Below, one piece after another: positions 20,901 through 30,521 of a stretch of DNA of 64,000 nt. The notes under the pieces are model-generated. The model was not told the origin of the DNA. It was given only the letters and a program-made list of their open reading frames with translations, and ran no database searches. The position numbers were made by a program, and so were the translations under genes. Every line of letters starts with the position of its first letter. Position 1 is the first letter of the stretch. The stretch is from an uncultured Candidatus Binatia bacterium (GTDB taxonomy: Bacteria > Desulfobacterota > Binatia > UBA9968 > JAJDTQ01), in the NCBI GenBank assembly GCA_965242525.1, contig OZ251459.1:3168001-3232000 (forward strand), given 5' to 3'.

Positions 20901-22531
20901 CTCTCGACGGCGAAGTCCTCGTTGACCTTGCCCACGAAGGTCTCGGTGGGCGACTCCACCACGTCGTAGTCCGCGGTGTCGGGGATGGCCCCGCCGTTGG
21001 TCATGGAGACGAGCCGGGCGCCCCGGCGCGCCCGGAGCATGCCGTTCACCCGGTCCCGGTGGAGGTGCGCGCCCCGCCGGCCCCGGGCCGGCGCCACGCC
21101 CTCGCACAGCATGTGCAGCACCTGCTCGAAGTCGCGCCGGGGCAGGTCCCGGAAAGGGTACGCGCTCCGCACCAGCTCCCAGAGGTCTTCCTCCCGGATG
21201 CCCGCCGGCGGCTCCTGTTCCGGCAGCAGCGGCAGGGTCTCGCCGGGCTTGCGCACGGGCGTGAGGCTGGCCACCGTCGCCGCCATCTGCTGGGCGAGCA
21301 CGTCCAGCGGCCGGCGCACCAGGTCGATGCGGTCCAGGTCGCCCCGGCGCACCGCGTACACCGCGGCGGCGCACTGGAGCAGGTCGTCCCGGGTCAGCGG
21401 GTACAGGATCCCCTTGGGGGTCGCGCCGAGCCAGTGCCCCGAACGCCCGACCCGCTGGAGCAGCCCGGCGATGGAGCGCGGCGCGCCCACGTGGCACACC
21501 AGTTCCACGTGCCCGACGTCGATGCCCAGCTCCAGGGACGCGGTGGCCACCACCACCGGCGCTTCCGCGGCCTTGAGCTTCTGTTCGGCCTCCAGCCGCG
21601 TCTTGCGCGACAGGCTGCCGTGGTGGGCCAGCACCTTGCCTTCCCCCAGCCGGTCGGTGAGCTGGTGCGCCACCCGTTCCACCAGCCGGCGCGTGTGCAC
21701 GAACACCAGGGTGGTTCGGTGGGTGCGGATCTGTTCCGTGATGCGGTCATAGACCTCGGCCCACAGGGCATGGGAGGTGATGGGTCCCAGTTCCTGGTCC
21801 GGCACGTCGATGGAAAGGTCGATCTCCCGCTTGTGCCCCACGTCCACGATGGCGCATCGGGGCGTTTCGTCCCGCCCCAGCCTCCGGGACCCCACCAGCA
21901 GGCGGGCGATGTCGTCCATGGGCTTCTGGGTGGCGCTCAGCCCGATCCGTTGCAGGGGGCTCCCCGCCAGCGCGTCCAGCCGTTCCAGGGAGAGCGCGAG
22001 ATGGGCCCCCCGCTTGTCTCCGGCCACCGCGTGGATCTCGTCCACGATGACGGTGTGGGCGCGCTCGAGCATCTGTCGGCTGCGCTCGGCCGTGAGCAGG
22101 ATGTAGAGGGATTCCGGCGTGGTGATGAGTATGTGCGGGGGCCGGGAGATCATGCGCTGCCGCTCCGCCGCGGGGGTGTCGCCGGAGCGCACCGCGGTGC
22201 GGATGTCCGGCAGCGGAAGCCGTTCGCGCCGGCCCGCGCGGGTGATCTCTGCCAGGGGTTCCTGCAGGTTCTTCTGGATGTCGTTGCCCAGGGCCTTCAA
22301 CGGCGACACATAGACCACGCGGGTGTGGTCATGGGACTCTTCGGCGTGGGTGACGAGCCGGTCGATGGACCACAGGAAGGCCGCCAGGGTCTTCCCCGAG
22401 CCGGTGGGCGCCGCGATGAGCGTGTCCCGGCCCCGGGCGATCTCCTTCCAGCCGGCGGCCTGGGGCGGAGTGGGCCGGCCGAAGCGGGCCCGGAACCAGT
22501 CGCGCACCAGGGGATGAAATTTGTCGATCAC
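17978..22531 (-). CDS. lhr: Lhr-family DEAD/DEAH-box helicase (long form)
   Basis: FHPLVRDWF, APTGSGKT, DEIH, GLSAT, SLELGID, QRVGRSGH, C-terminal RGEIRGGRFV; GTG start at 22531. Confidence 0.92.
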   Translation of the reverse strand: MIDKFHPLVRDWFRARFGRPTPPQAAGWKEIARGRDTLIAAPTGSGKTLAAFLWSIDRLVTHAEESHDHTRVVYVSPLKALGNDIQKNLQEPLAEITRAGRRERLPLPDIRTAVRSGDTPAAERQRMISRPPHILITTPESLYILLTAERSRQMLERAHTVIVDEIHAVAGDKRGAHLALSLERLDALAGSPLQRIGLSATQKPMDDIARLLVGSRRLGRDETPRCAIVDVGHKREIDLSIDVPDQELGPITSHALWAEVYDRITEQIRTHRTTLVFVHTRRLVERVAHQLTDRLGEGKVLAHHGSLSRKTRLEAEQKLKAAEAPVVVATASLELGIDVGHVELVCHVGAPRSIAGLLQRVGRSGHWLGATPKGILYPLTRDDLLQCAAAVYAVRRGDLDRIDLVRRPLDVLAQQMAATVASLTPVRKPGETLPLLPEQEPPAGIREEDLWELVRSAYPFRDLPRRDFEQVLHMLCEGVAPARGRRGAHLHRDRVNGMLRARRGARLVSMTNGGAIPDTADYDVVESPTETFVGKVNEDFAVESLAGDIFLLGNTSWRIQRVASGKVWVEDAHGAPPTLPFWLGESPGRSRELSRAVSAVRENVARRAADGEGARRWLREETGVGRAGADQVAAYVGETLAALGCVPSVERVVAERFFDESGGMQLVLHTPFGSRINRAWGLALRKRFCVNFDFELQAAATDDGIVISLTDRHSFPLDTVFSYLRPATVEQDLTQAALATPMFTNRWRWNASRALAVERFSRGRKVPMMIQRMRAEDLLGAVFPDQVMCRDNRGGPVSLPDHPLTRETMENCLREAMDVDGLKETLALLEQGKIETAAVETPAPSPMAHEILNANPYAFLDDAPLEERRARAVALRRTDPDLAQGIGALSPEALAEVKGQAWPDIRDADELHDLLLSVILLPVREAEAWQRFAHELMEAGRAAAAQPVGEDRGGSYPGTAPSSPRTPPGAQRAGEGGGGFSPDTAPSSPCTTSGAQPVGEDGGAFYVAAERLAEARAVLGELRMEPAIAPAIAAPGAEDPAAEASGEDALRRTLQGWMEILGPVTADGLAARIGLAPESVGRGLTALEVSGTVLQGRFSPGSGPDRPTEWCERRLLARIHRLTLGQLRREIDPVSAADFLRFLLRWQHVQPGSQLHGRDGIHQVVRQLQGLELPAPAWEQHVLPARVADYDPAELEHLCLAGVVAWGRLRRDTGAPEDDAPKLWDGAPQSFGPAPGRTRRTAPTRSAPLAFVIREDLPNFLDPDSLPWREIRGLSAAARDVAAYLEVHGASFLADIARGAGRLTVRTERALWELVTRGQVTGDGIAGLRLLLAPDLKRKQHGRKGAASQAMPVGRWSLWRNEAPRAPDAAPETMARQLLQRYGVVFRELLTRETRCPPWRLLLQAYRRLEARGEIRGGRFVSGFVGEQYALPEAVEAMREVRRLAPDEEPVTVSCTDPLNLVGVLTPGPRVPLHSRQSIAYRNGAPAAIGPLGNVRSRLHETGAEAEFSRKQRKVSL
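19523..19700. repeat. About 2.4 imperfect 75-bp tandem repeats inside lhr (in frame)
   Basis: Encode AQPVGEDRGGSYPGTAPSSPRTPPG / AQRAGEGGGGFSPDTAPSSPCTTSG / AQPVGEDGG. Confidence 0.8.
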
Positions 22532-22598
22532 TGGGGTAATCGTTCTCGTGGATGCCGAAAACGAGTTTAGCGGAATCGGGTGCCGCGTGCCATTGACG

Positions 22599-23186
22599 AT
22601 GCCGTCGTCGGGCACGGGCGTGGCGGTGTCGTTCACGCCCCAGATGGAGAAGCGCCTCACGCAGCGCGCGGTGCGGATGCTCAAACAGTCGTTGCGGCAG
22701 TTTCCCGAGTTGCGGAACCTGGAGGTCCGCATCGGCCACACCAGCGCCAAGCTGGGGGTCGCGTTCGTCCCCAGGCGGCTCCGGCTCCCGCTGTACATCC
22801 GGCTGAGGGTGCGGGGCCTGACCTACAACACCATCGGCCACGAGCTCACGCACCTGCTGCAGGGGCTGACCAGGCTGCCGCCTCCCCCGGGCGCGCCCGC
22901 GTGGACGCCGCTCCCCCACGGTGAGACCCAGTGCGACATATGGACCCTCGCCCGGAGCGAGCTCTTCTGCGACGACCCGCCCACCTACCTGCGCCTGCCC
23001 CGGTCCGTGCGCGAGGACTGGCGCCGCTACGCGCGCCGGGTGCGCTCCCTGTGCATCGAGGCCATCGGCCAACGTCCCCGCAACCGCACCTACATCCGCT
23101 GGCTCGAATCGCGGATCGCCGAGTTGCCCGACCGCCTGCCGCCCCTCCGGCCGAACCCCCCGCAGCAGTTGTCCCTGCGGCTCTAG
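22599..23186 (+). CDS. Hypothetical protein with an HExxH zincin motif
   Basis: TIGHELTHLLQG followed by HGETQCDIW; start uncertain. Confidence 0.65.
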   Translation: MPSSGTGVAVSFTPQMEKRLTQRAVRMLKQSLRQFPELRNLEVRIGHTSAKLGVAFVPRRLRLPLYIRLRVRGLTYNTIGHELTHLLQGLTRLPPPPGAPAWTPLPHGETQCDIWTLARSELFCDDPPTYLRLPRSVREDWRRYARRVRSLCIEAIGQRPRNRTYIRWLESRIAELPDRLPPLRPNPPQQLSLRL

Positions 23187-23226
23187 CCGCGTGAACCTGC
23201 CTCTCTGCCCTGTCGTGCAACGCTCT

Positions 23227-23287
23227 CCGTTCATCCTGAGCGTAGCGAAGCGAAGTCGAAGGACGCGCTTTCCCAGAGGAGAGGGAG
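23227..23287 (+). repeat. Repeat family A, copy 6
   Basis: CCGTTCATCCTGAGCGTAGCGAAGCGAAGTCGAAGGACGCGCTTTCCC. Confidence 0.85.
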
Positions 23288-23291
23288 GGTG

Positions 23292-24242
23292 CTAGCGATC
23301 CGTCGCCCCCGAGTCCCCGCTGCTCCGAGTCAACCCGCGGACCGCGGTCCGGTGGTAGGAAGGGTCGATGTATTTGTCGGGCGGAGGCGCGGGAGAGGTC
23401 AGGAACCCCATGCCGGCCCTGAGGTCCAGCGCCGCGGCAATGCCCGGGACGTTCAGTTCGGCGTGGGGGTAGAGGCCGTGCCGGGGGTCCAGCAGCGAGT
23501 CCAGGGTCTCCTCCCCCGCAGCCCCGGCAAGCCCGTCGTGCCGGGCCAGGAGGTCGAGGCAACGCTGCCGGTTCGCCGGTGCGAAGCACCACTCGGTCGC
23601 CGCCGCGTAGCAACGGATGTAGTCCACCAGTTGCGTCCGGTGCTCCGCGGCCCAGGAACGCTTGGCCAGACCCACCGTCGCCTGGTACACCGGGACCATC
23701 TCCTCGCCCCGGGCGATGACGTGGCAACCCCGTTCCAGGGCGGCGCCGACGAACGGCTGCGTGAGCAGCGTGGCGTAGAGCCTGCCCTCCACCAGGGTCC
23801 GGTAGCGGCTCTCCCAGCCCCCCACCTCCACCAACTCGTAGTCGTCCGGGCCGAAGCCGTGGTCGCGCAACGCCTTCTCCAGGATGAAGACGAACCCGCT
23901 GTCGCGCGCGTCCACCGCCAGCGGCTTGCCCCGCAGGGACGCCATGGTGGGACACCCGGGCGCGCCCACGAGGCTCAAGAGGCCGCTGTGGAGGCCCATG
24001 AAGGCGAACACGTCCGAACCGGCCTGGTTCTCCACGTCGGCCACCACGTCGTCGGCCGCGGCGTGGCCGATGGCGCAGCGCCCCGTGCGCACCGCTTCCA
24101 TCAGGTAAGCGGAGCCCGGCGTGTACTCGACCTCCACGTGGAGACCGGCCGCGGCGAAAGTCCCGTTCTCCATGGCCGCATGCACCGGCAGGTTGTAGGC
24201 GGCGCGGAACTGGATGAGCCGGATGAGGGTCGGGGAAGCCAT
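23292..24242 (-). CDS. ABC-type substrate-binding protein (NMT1/SsuA-like)
   Basis: GTFAAAGLHVEVEYTPGS, LRGKPLAVDARDSGF, DKYIDPSY. Confidence 0.8.
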   Translation of the reverse strand: MASPTLIRLIQFRAAYNLPVHAAMENGTFAAAGLHVEVEYTPGSAYLMEAVRTGRCAIGHAAADDVVADVENQAGSDVFAFMGLHSGLLSLVGAPGCPTMASLRGKPLAVDARDSGFVFILEKALRDHGFGPDDYELVEVGGWESRYRTLVEGRLYATLLTQPFVGAALERGCHVIARGEEMVPVYQATVGLAKRSWAAEHRTQLVDYIRCYAAATEWCFAPANRQRCLDLLARHDGLAGAAGEETLDSLLDPRHGLYPHAELNVPGIAAALDLRAGMGFLTSPAPPPDKYIDPSYHRTAVRGLTRSSGDSGATDR

Positions 24243-24413
24243 GAGCGTTACCGCTGTAAAACACATGCGCCTTGCAGGAGGCAAGGGCAACGGCGCCTTG
24301 AGGCGGCGGCGCCAGCGGGTCGACAGGGGGCCGCGGGATCGGGTAGATACCATCACACTCTCCGGCGGCGTCTTGCCCACCCGGGAAGCGCGCCGCGCCG
24401 AGGGGGAACGACC

Positions 24414-24926
24414 ATGAAGACGGACCACCGGTTGCGGACTGCGCTTCGGCCCCTGCTCACTGCCATGGCGGGCGCATTCGCGGTTGCCGCGCTCACTGGC
24501 TGCTTCGACCCGGGGTTCGATTGCTGGACCAGGGAACGGTACGACCGGATTGCCCGGAGTGCGCCCCCCCTCGAAGGCGTGAGGGAGGGCGTCTTCCCCG
24601 GCGAGGTGGTGACCGAGGACCCCGGGAACTGGTGGACCAACGCCCGCTTCACGGGCCGTTCCTGTTGGACGAAGATCGAAGTGCGGGACGGCGCGGTGTA
24701 CGCGACCGTGAGCCTCCTGGAAGAACCCGTCAAGCTCGATGTGCCCATGAGTTCGCAGGATTTCTACATGGGCCGTGCGGGGCCGGACCGGATGCTGGTG
24801 GTGCAGCAGGTACCGGGCGGCGTGTCCGCGACCCTCACGGAGTTCGAGCCGACGGGCGAACTCCGCTACGGCGCGTGCGGACGCCGGGGAGGCTGGTACC
24901 GCGAATGCCACCCGCCGCCGAGGTAG
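24414..24926 (+). CDS. Hypothetical lipoprotein
   Basis: Basic N-terminus, hydrophobic stretch and lipobox LTGC; GAGGGG RBS. Confidence 0.6.
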   Translation: MKTDHRLRTALRPLLTAMAGAFAVAALTGCFDPGFDCWTRERYDRIARSAPPLEGVREGVFPGEVVTEDPGNWWTNARFTGRSCWTKIEVRDGAVYATVSLLEEPVKLDVPMSSQDFYMGRAGPDRMLVVQQVPGGVSATLTEFEPTGELRYGACGRRGGWYRECHPPPR

Positions 24927-25033
24927 AGGACGTCTTTCGGATTACACCGTGACGTGTACACAAAGACGGTGCACGTCGGAGGGAAAGCTTCCCGGTCGGG
25001 GAAGTACGGGGGCAGAACAGGGGGGAAGACCTT

Positions 25034-25903
25034 ATGGGCGTGCCGTCCGCAAGAGATCTGGTGAATCCCGTGCTTGTCGCCATCCGCGAAGCAGGCGGGA
25101 GCGCACTCATAGGAGAGATTACCGAGTCGGTCATTCGAGACCTTGGCCTGTCGGAGGACGACGCCAACCAACCGCATGGCACGGGAGGCACGGGATACCA
25201 GACCGAGCTTGAGTACAGGTTGGGTTGGGCCAGGTGGAGACTCAAGAAGTATGGAGTGATTACCAATTCGAATCGTGGCGTCTGGGCGCTTACTCCCAGA
25301 GGGGAGCGTACCGGAAAGATCGACCCCGGAGAAGTGGACCGCGCCATCAGGGAAGCAGAGCGTATCGAGCGGGAGTCGAGCGAACGCCCGGATTCGGCCA
25401 TTCCGGGCGGAAGCGAAACAGGGGAAGACCCCGAAGCCTCCTGGAAAGACCGTCTGCTGGAAGTCCTGTCGGGTATGTCCCCTGACGCTTTCGAGCGGTT
25501 GTGCCAACGGATGCTCAGGGAATCGGGCTTCATCGAAGTGACCGTTACCGGACGGTCGGGAGACGGAGGAATCGACGGGCACGGCATCATCCGTATGGGC
25601 GGACTGATCAGTTTCCCCGTACTGTTCCAATGCAAACGCTGGCAAGGCAGCATAGGATCCGGCGTTGTCCGGGACTTCCGGGGCGCCATGGCGGGGCGCA
25701 GCGACAAGGGACTCCTGATCACGACCGGCAGTTTTACCCGTGACGCGAAAGCAGAAGCCACGCGGGACGGCGCGCCTCCCATGGACCTGATCGACGGCAG
25801 CCTTCTCGCAGACAAGCTGAAGGAGCTTGAGATCGGGGTCAAGACCGAGACGGTGGTGGAAGAACGGGTTGTGATAGATGGCGAGTTCTTCGAAAGAGTC
25901 TGA
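25034..25903 (+). CDS. mrr: Mrr-family type IV restriction endonuclease
   Basis: N-terminal winged helix (RLGWARWRLKKYG, RGVWALT), FERLC, DGGIDG, QCKRW, ITTGSFT, LIDG. Confidence 0.93.
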   Translation: MGVPSARDLVNPVLVAIREAGGSALIGEITESVIRDLGLSEDDANQPHGTGGTGYQTELEYRLGWARWRLKKYGVITNSNRGVWALTPRGERTGKIDPGEVDRAIREAERIERESSERPDSAIPGGSETGEDPEASWKDRLLEVLSGMSPDAFERLCQRMLRESGFIEVTVTGRSGDGGIDGHGIIRMGGLISFPVLFQCKRWQGSIGSGVVRDFRGAMAGRSDKGLLITTGSFTRDAKAEATRDGAPPMDLIDGSLLADKLKELEIGVKTETVVEERVVIDGEFFERV

Positions 25904-26636
25904 CGCCCTTCTACGGGACTCTCCCGTATCGGCCGTCCCGTGGGGCTACGCCGGCGAGGGAGCGCCCGAGAACTGGGCGAGGCTGTCGGACGAGTACCGG
26001 CTTTGCGGCGAAGGGGTCGAGCAGTCGCCGGTGGACATTACCGGATACGTCGAGGGCGACGGACCGGCCGTTTCGTTTCTGTACCGTACGGATGCGCGGC
26101 GTGTCGCCAACACGGGAACCTTCCTCAGGGTCGAGTACGGCGGGGAGAGCCGGCTGCAACTGGACGGCGACGAATACCGGCTGGACCACCTCCACCTTCA
26201 TTATCCCGGCGAACATCGCATCGATGGCGAGTCCTTTGCCCTGGAGATGCACTTGGTGCATGTGCGGGCGTCCGGTGAAGTCGCAGTGGTGGGTGTCTTG
26301 TACCGCATGGGCGCCGCCAACCCTGCCATCCAGTCCATCATCGATGCTGCGCCGCGGGCCAACGAAGCCCGCGATGCTTCGCCGGCCCTGAGCGCCTCCG
26401 CGTTCCTGCCACAGACCCTTGGCTACTACGCATACATGGGATCCCTGACCACGCCGCCGTGCTCCGAATCGGTACGCTGGCTGGTAATGTCGGAGACCCG
26501 CGAGGTCTCCCGGGCACAGGTGGCGACGATGACCTCCATGACCGGAGGCGGAGCCAACAACCGCCCGCTACAGCCCCTCGGCAACCGCTCCATCACCGCG
26601 GTGTCCAGTGGCGGAGCTGCCGGACTGCGAAGGTAG
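25878..26636 (+). CDS. Alpha-class carbonic anhydrase (no signal peptide; 5' end uncertain)
   Basis: WGYAG, QSPVDI, HLHLHYPGEH, EMHLVH, GSLTTPPCSE, NNRPLQP. Confidence 0.88.
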   Translation: MASSSKESDALLRDSPVSAVPWGYAGEGAPENWARLSDEYRLCGEGVEQSPVDITGYVEGDGPAVSFLYRTDARRVANTGTFLRVEYGGESRLQLDGDEYRLDHLHLHYPGEHRIDGESFALEMHLVHVRASGEVAVVGVLYRMGAANPAIQSIIDAAPRANEARDASPALSASAFLPQTLGYYAYMGSLTTPPCSESVRWLVMSETREVSRAQVATMTSMTGGGANNRPLQPLGNRSITAVSSGGAAGLRR

Positions 26637-26667
26637 GTTGACCTGCCGCAACGAGACAGGAAGAGCC

Positions 26668-28890
26668 ATGCCGCAACGCCGCTTCGCATACGTCGGTCGC
26701 AACATCCCCCGGGTCGACGGCGTGGACAAGGTGACCGGGCGGGCCAGGTTTACAGGCGACGTGGTGCTGCCCCGGATGCTCGAAGGCCGCATCCTGCGAA
26801 GCCCCCTGCCGCACGCGCGCATCCGAACCATCGACGCCTCCGGGGCGGAAGCCCTGGCCGGGGTCCGCGCGGTGGTGACCGCGGCCGACCTATCGGGCCT
26901 GGACCCGTTCTACAACGGCCGTCCGGTGGTGGCCATGGACAAGGCGCGCTACGTGGGCGAGCCGGTGGCCGCGGTGGCAGCGGAGGACGAGCAGACTGCG
27001 GAGGCCGCGCTTTCGCTGATCCGCGTGGACTACGAAGAGTTGCTGTCGGCACTGGGCATGGACGCGGCCTTGGCGCCGGGGGCGCCGCTGATCCACGACG
27101 ACGCGCCCGGCAACGTGTGCGCCCACGAACGGGTGGAGCAGGGGGACGTGGACCGGGGGTTTGCCCTCTCGGACCGCGTGTTCGAGGCCCGTTACACGTT
27201 CCCCATGGTCTATCACTACAGCATGGAGCCCCACGCCGCGGTGGCGCGCTGGGACGCGGACGGCATCGACCTGTGGTCGTCGGCCCAGCATCCCTTCCTG
27301 GTGCAGCAGGACATGGCGCGCATATTCGGCATGGCCCGGTCGCAGGTGCGGTTGCGGGTCCCCTACCTGGGCGGCGGCTTCGGCGGCAAATCCTACACCA
27401 AGTTCGAACCCCTGGTGGCGCTGCTCTCGCGCAAGGCGGGGCGTCCCGTGCGCGTGTGCCTGTCGGTGCCCGAGGCCATGGTGACGGTGCGGCGGCACGG
27501 CGCCAGCGTGAAGCTCCTGACCGGGGTCACGGACGACGGCGTGCTGGTGGCGCGGCAGGCGGAGATCCACCTCGACACCGGCGCGTACACGGAGAACACC
27601 CGCATGGTGGCCCAACTGGCCGCCACACGGGTGCTGGGGCCGTACCGCATCCCTCATCTCCGGAGCGACGTGTACTCGGTCCATACCAACGCGGGCTCCG
27701 CGGGCTCGTTCCGCTCCGTGGGCGCGCCCCAGACCCTGTTCGCCTGCGAGTCGCAGATGGACGAGATCGCGGCGAGCCTGGGCCTGGACCCCGTGGCCCT
27801 GCGCAGCCGGAACCTGCTCGAACGGGGGGAGACGCTCCAGCCGAAGCTGCGGCCCGTGGACGTGGACCTGCACGCGAGCCTGGAGCGGCTGGCGTCCGGC
27901 GCCCGATGGGCGGCGCGGGCCGCGAGCGCCGGGGCGCCGGTGGGGTTCGCCTGCGGCTCCACCAACGCCGGCGGCCAGTTGCCGGTGTCGGTGGCGTTGG
28001 TGCGCCTCGGCCCCGACGGCCAGGTGTCGGTGCTCGCGGGCAGCACCGAGATGGGCCAGGGGGTCAAAACCGTGTTCACCCAGGTGGTCGCGGAGGAGTT
28101 GGCGTTGCCGTGCCACCGTGTCCGGGTCGTGTCCGTGGATACCGCGGTGACCCCCTACGACCACTCCACCGGCGCCAGCCGCTCCACCACGGTCATGGGC
28201 CGGGCCGTCCAGGCCGCGGCCCGGGACCTCAAGCGGCAGTTGCGCAGGATCGCCGCAAGGGCGTTCGGCGTGACCCCGGGCAAGGTGCGGTTGTCGGACG
28301 ACGGGTGGCTTGCGTCCGGCGAGGGGCGGATGTCGTTCTCCGACGTGCTGGCGTGCCGTTTCGGCGCGGTGGCCGGCGAGATCGTGGGGCGCGGCACGGT
28401 GGGTCCCGAACTCGTCCAGTCCCGGACTCCGGTGCTGTGGGAAGTGGGCATGGGGGTGGCCGAACTGGACATCGACCGGGACACGGGCGCGCTGGCCTTG
28501 GCGAGCTACGTCTCCCTAGCGGACGTGGGCAAGGCCATCCATCCGCTGCACTGCGTCGCCCAGGAGGAAGGGGCGGCCATGATGGGCATCGGCCACACCT
28601 TCATGGAGCAGATGGTGCACGACCGCCACCAGTTGCTCAACCCCAACCTGATCGACTACCGGGTGCCCAGGTTCGCGGACCTCCCCGCGGAGTTCCATAC
28701 CCTGCTGGTGGAGAACCGGGACGGCATCGGCCCCTACGGCAGCCGCGGCATGGGCGAGGGCGGCATCTTCTCGGTGGCCCCCGCGGTGGCGAGCGCACTG
28801 GCCCGAGCCACCGGAGTCCGCATCCGCGACCTGCCGCTCACCCCGGAACGGGTCTGGCGGGCGCTACGGAACGAGGAGCGAGAGGGGTAG
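26668..28890 (+). CDS. Xanthine dehydrogenase family molybdopterin-binding large subunit
   Basis: KVTGRARF, GGGFGGK, FRSVG, EMGQG, GSRGMGEG, LPLTPERV. Confidence 0.92.
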   Translation: MPQRRFAYVGRNIPRVDGVDKVTGRARFTGDVVLPRMLEGRILRSPLPHARIRTIDASGAEALAGVRAVVTAADLSGLDPFYNGRPVVAMDKARYVGEPVAAVAAEDEQTAEAALSLIRVDYEELLSALGMDAALAPGAPLIHDDAPGNVCAHERVEQGDVDRGFALSDRVFEARYTFPMVYHYSMEPHAAVARWDADGIDLWSSAQHPFLVQQDMARIFGMARSQVRLRVPYLGGGFGGKSYTKFEPLVALLSRKAGRPVRVCLSVPEAMVTVRRHGASVKLLTGVTDDGVLVARQAEIHLDTGAYTENTRMVAQLAATRVLGPYRIPHLRSDVYSVHTNAGSAGSFRSVGAPQTLFACESQMDEIAASLGLDPVALRSRNLLERGETLQPKLRPVDVDLHASLERLASGARWAARAASAGAPVGFACGSTNAGGQLPVSVALVRLGPDGQVSVLAGSTEMGQGVKTVFTQVVAEELALPCHRVRVVSVDTAVTPYDHSTGASRSTTVMGRAVQAAARDLKRQLRRIAARAFGVTPGKVRLSDDGWLASGEGRMSFSDVLACRFGAVAGEIVGRGTVGPELVQSRTPVLWEVGMGVAELDIDRDTGALALASYVSLADVGKAIHPLHCVAQEEGAAMMGIGHTFMEQMVHDRHQLLNPNLIDYRVPRFADLPAEFHTLLVENRDGIGPYGSRGMGEGGIFSVAPAVASALARATGVRIRDLPLTPERVWRALRNEEREG

Positions 28891-29055
28891 TCGGGGATCC
28901 GCCGGGGCACGCCGCCGGTTTCTTGAAAGTTTCCTCCTTTCGTGATTAGATCCTGATCGTCGGTTCGGTAATTGGCCGTTTCACTCCGGTTATCGAAGTC
29001 CTGACGGCTTTCCTGACGGACTCCCTTTTATGCAAGTTCCCTACGAGAGATTACC

Positions 29056-29865
29056 GTGATGTCGCAACCCACAGCTTTCAAAAATCCCCCGGTTGACGAG
29101 GTAGTGGTATCCACGTACTTCAGCCCGCCCCTATCCGGTTTGCGAAACGAGCACATCGGTCTGTTTTGGGGGAAGATAAAAGGGGATTTTCCCGTCGTGA
29201 GCCAGCAACCGCCGGTGGTGGGTCAGCAATCCCCGGCTGAAATGGTGCAGAGCATCGACGCCGACGAACCGTTCCCAATGCCCAGATACTGGATCATCTC
29301 GAAGAACGAGACAGAACTCATCCAGATCCAGAAAAACGCTTTCATGTTCAACTGGCGCCGCAGAGGCGAGGAATACCCACGATTCCACGGGCGTATCAAA
29401 CCGGCCTTCGACGAATACTACGGTCGTTTCAGCGAATTCGTCCGAACGGAAATCGACACGACGGAGCCTCTCATCGACCTGTGCGAGCTGACCTACATCA
29501 ACGTAGTGGAGCGATGTGAGTACTGGAACGGACCGCAGGATACAAGGAAAGTCGTACCTGCGTTTTCGCTCCTTGCACCGGGTATCGATTCTTCGGAGCC
29601 GTCGGGGTTCGTCTGCAATTACGGTTACGGAGCGGGCGATTTGCGCCTCAATGTCGGCATACGCAACGGCGCCAGGGCCGAGCAGCCGGACATGGCTGTC
29701 CTGGTATTGGAGATCAAGGCGAGCAGCCGCCTTGGTCAAGTTGCAAAGTCGGAAGTGGACGCATGGTTCGAGCGTGCTCATGACGTTATCTTCAGGTGTT
29801 TCATGGGCATAACGAGCAAAGACATCCGGGATAGATATTGGAAACCGACGGAGACGATGCAATGA
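29056..29865 (+). CDS. TIGR04255-family protein
   Basis: FKNPPVDEVV N-terminus, PRYW, IQIQKNAFMFNWR, YPRF, ELTYIN, WFERAH pattern. Confidence 0.75.
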   Translation: MMSQPTAFKNPPVDEVVVSTYFSPPLSGLRNEHIGLFWGKIKGDFPVVSQQPPVVGQQSPAEMVQSIDADEPFPMPRYWIISKNETELIQIQKNAFMFNWRRRGEEYPRFHGRIKPAFDEYYGRFSEFVRTEIDTTEPLIDLCELTYINVVERCEYWNGPQDTRKVVPAFSLLAPGIDSSEPSGFVCNYGYGAGDLRLNVGIRNGARAEQPDMAVLVLEIKASSRLGQVAKSEVDAWFERAHDVIFRCFMGITSKDIRDRYWKPTETMQ

Positions 29866-30521
29866 ACGCCGAAGTAACTACTACTGTCCTGGCCTGTTCA
29901 CCGTCTGTACCCGAAGCGCTTTCCTCCTTCGGCCCGGAGCGGAATACGGCACGACAGGTATCAGAGCTTCTTGTCCGTTTCCTCGATGCGAGACAGGGAC
30001 GGGCGGTATCCCTGCGCCCGTCCGATAAAGTCCATGATACGTTTCTGGCTTCATCCGTGGATTGTTTGACTGTCTCGACCGGTCGCGGCATCGATTCCGT
30101 CTTCGATCCCGATCTACGGAGTCAGTACATGTCCGAGTCTGTGGAAAAGGAAAGGGAGACGCGACGTACTTATCACGCCTATGGACTCCGAATCGAAGCC
30201 CTGCGCAGCGATGCCGCGTTGGACGGCTTTGCGATGAACGAGGCGTCCAAAGAGGACTTCTGGTCGTTCGTCGGCTCTCTCTCCTTCGCGCAAAGGGCAG
30301 GGTTGGTGCTCATGGACAACGGGAACCTGCGCGCCGTCTGGAAGGGTGATGGCGAGAGCCGCGTCGGACTCCAGTTTCTGGGGGGCCGATTGGCGGAGTA
30401 TGTCATTTTCAAGCGACGGCAGGCTGCCAGGACTGTTTCGCGAGTGGCGGGCCGCGACACGCTGGACGGGATCAAGAAACAGATCCGTGCTTTCGATCTC
30501 GCCGCGATGATGGGCTTGTGA
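29862..30521 (+). CDS. Hypothetical protein (second gene of the TIGR04255 cassette)
   Basis: ATGA overlap with the upstream gene; globular-looking C-terminus (LMDNGNLRAVW...GLQFLG). Confidence 0.7.
   Translation: MNAEVTTTVLACSPSVPEALSSFGPERNTARQVSELLVRFLDARQGRAVSLRPSDKVHDTFLASSVDCLTVSTGRGIDSVFDPDLRSQYMSESVEKERETRRTYHAYGLRIEALRSDAALDGFAMNEASKEDFWSFVGSLSFAQRAGLVLMDNGNLRAVWKGDGESRVGLQFLGGRLAEYVIFKRRQAARTVSRVAGRDTLDGIKKQIRAFDLAAMMGL

Noticed and set aside
18032-22570. 1512-aa plus-strand ORF and other long antisense ORFs (e.g. 31267-33459, 35034-37079, 37987-40458)
   Set aside because: These are shadow frames of well-supported genes on the opposite strand in GC-rich DNA and contain no recognisable motifs.
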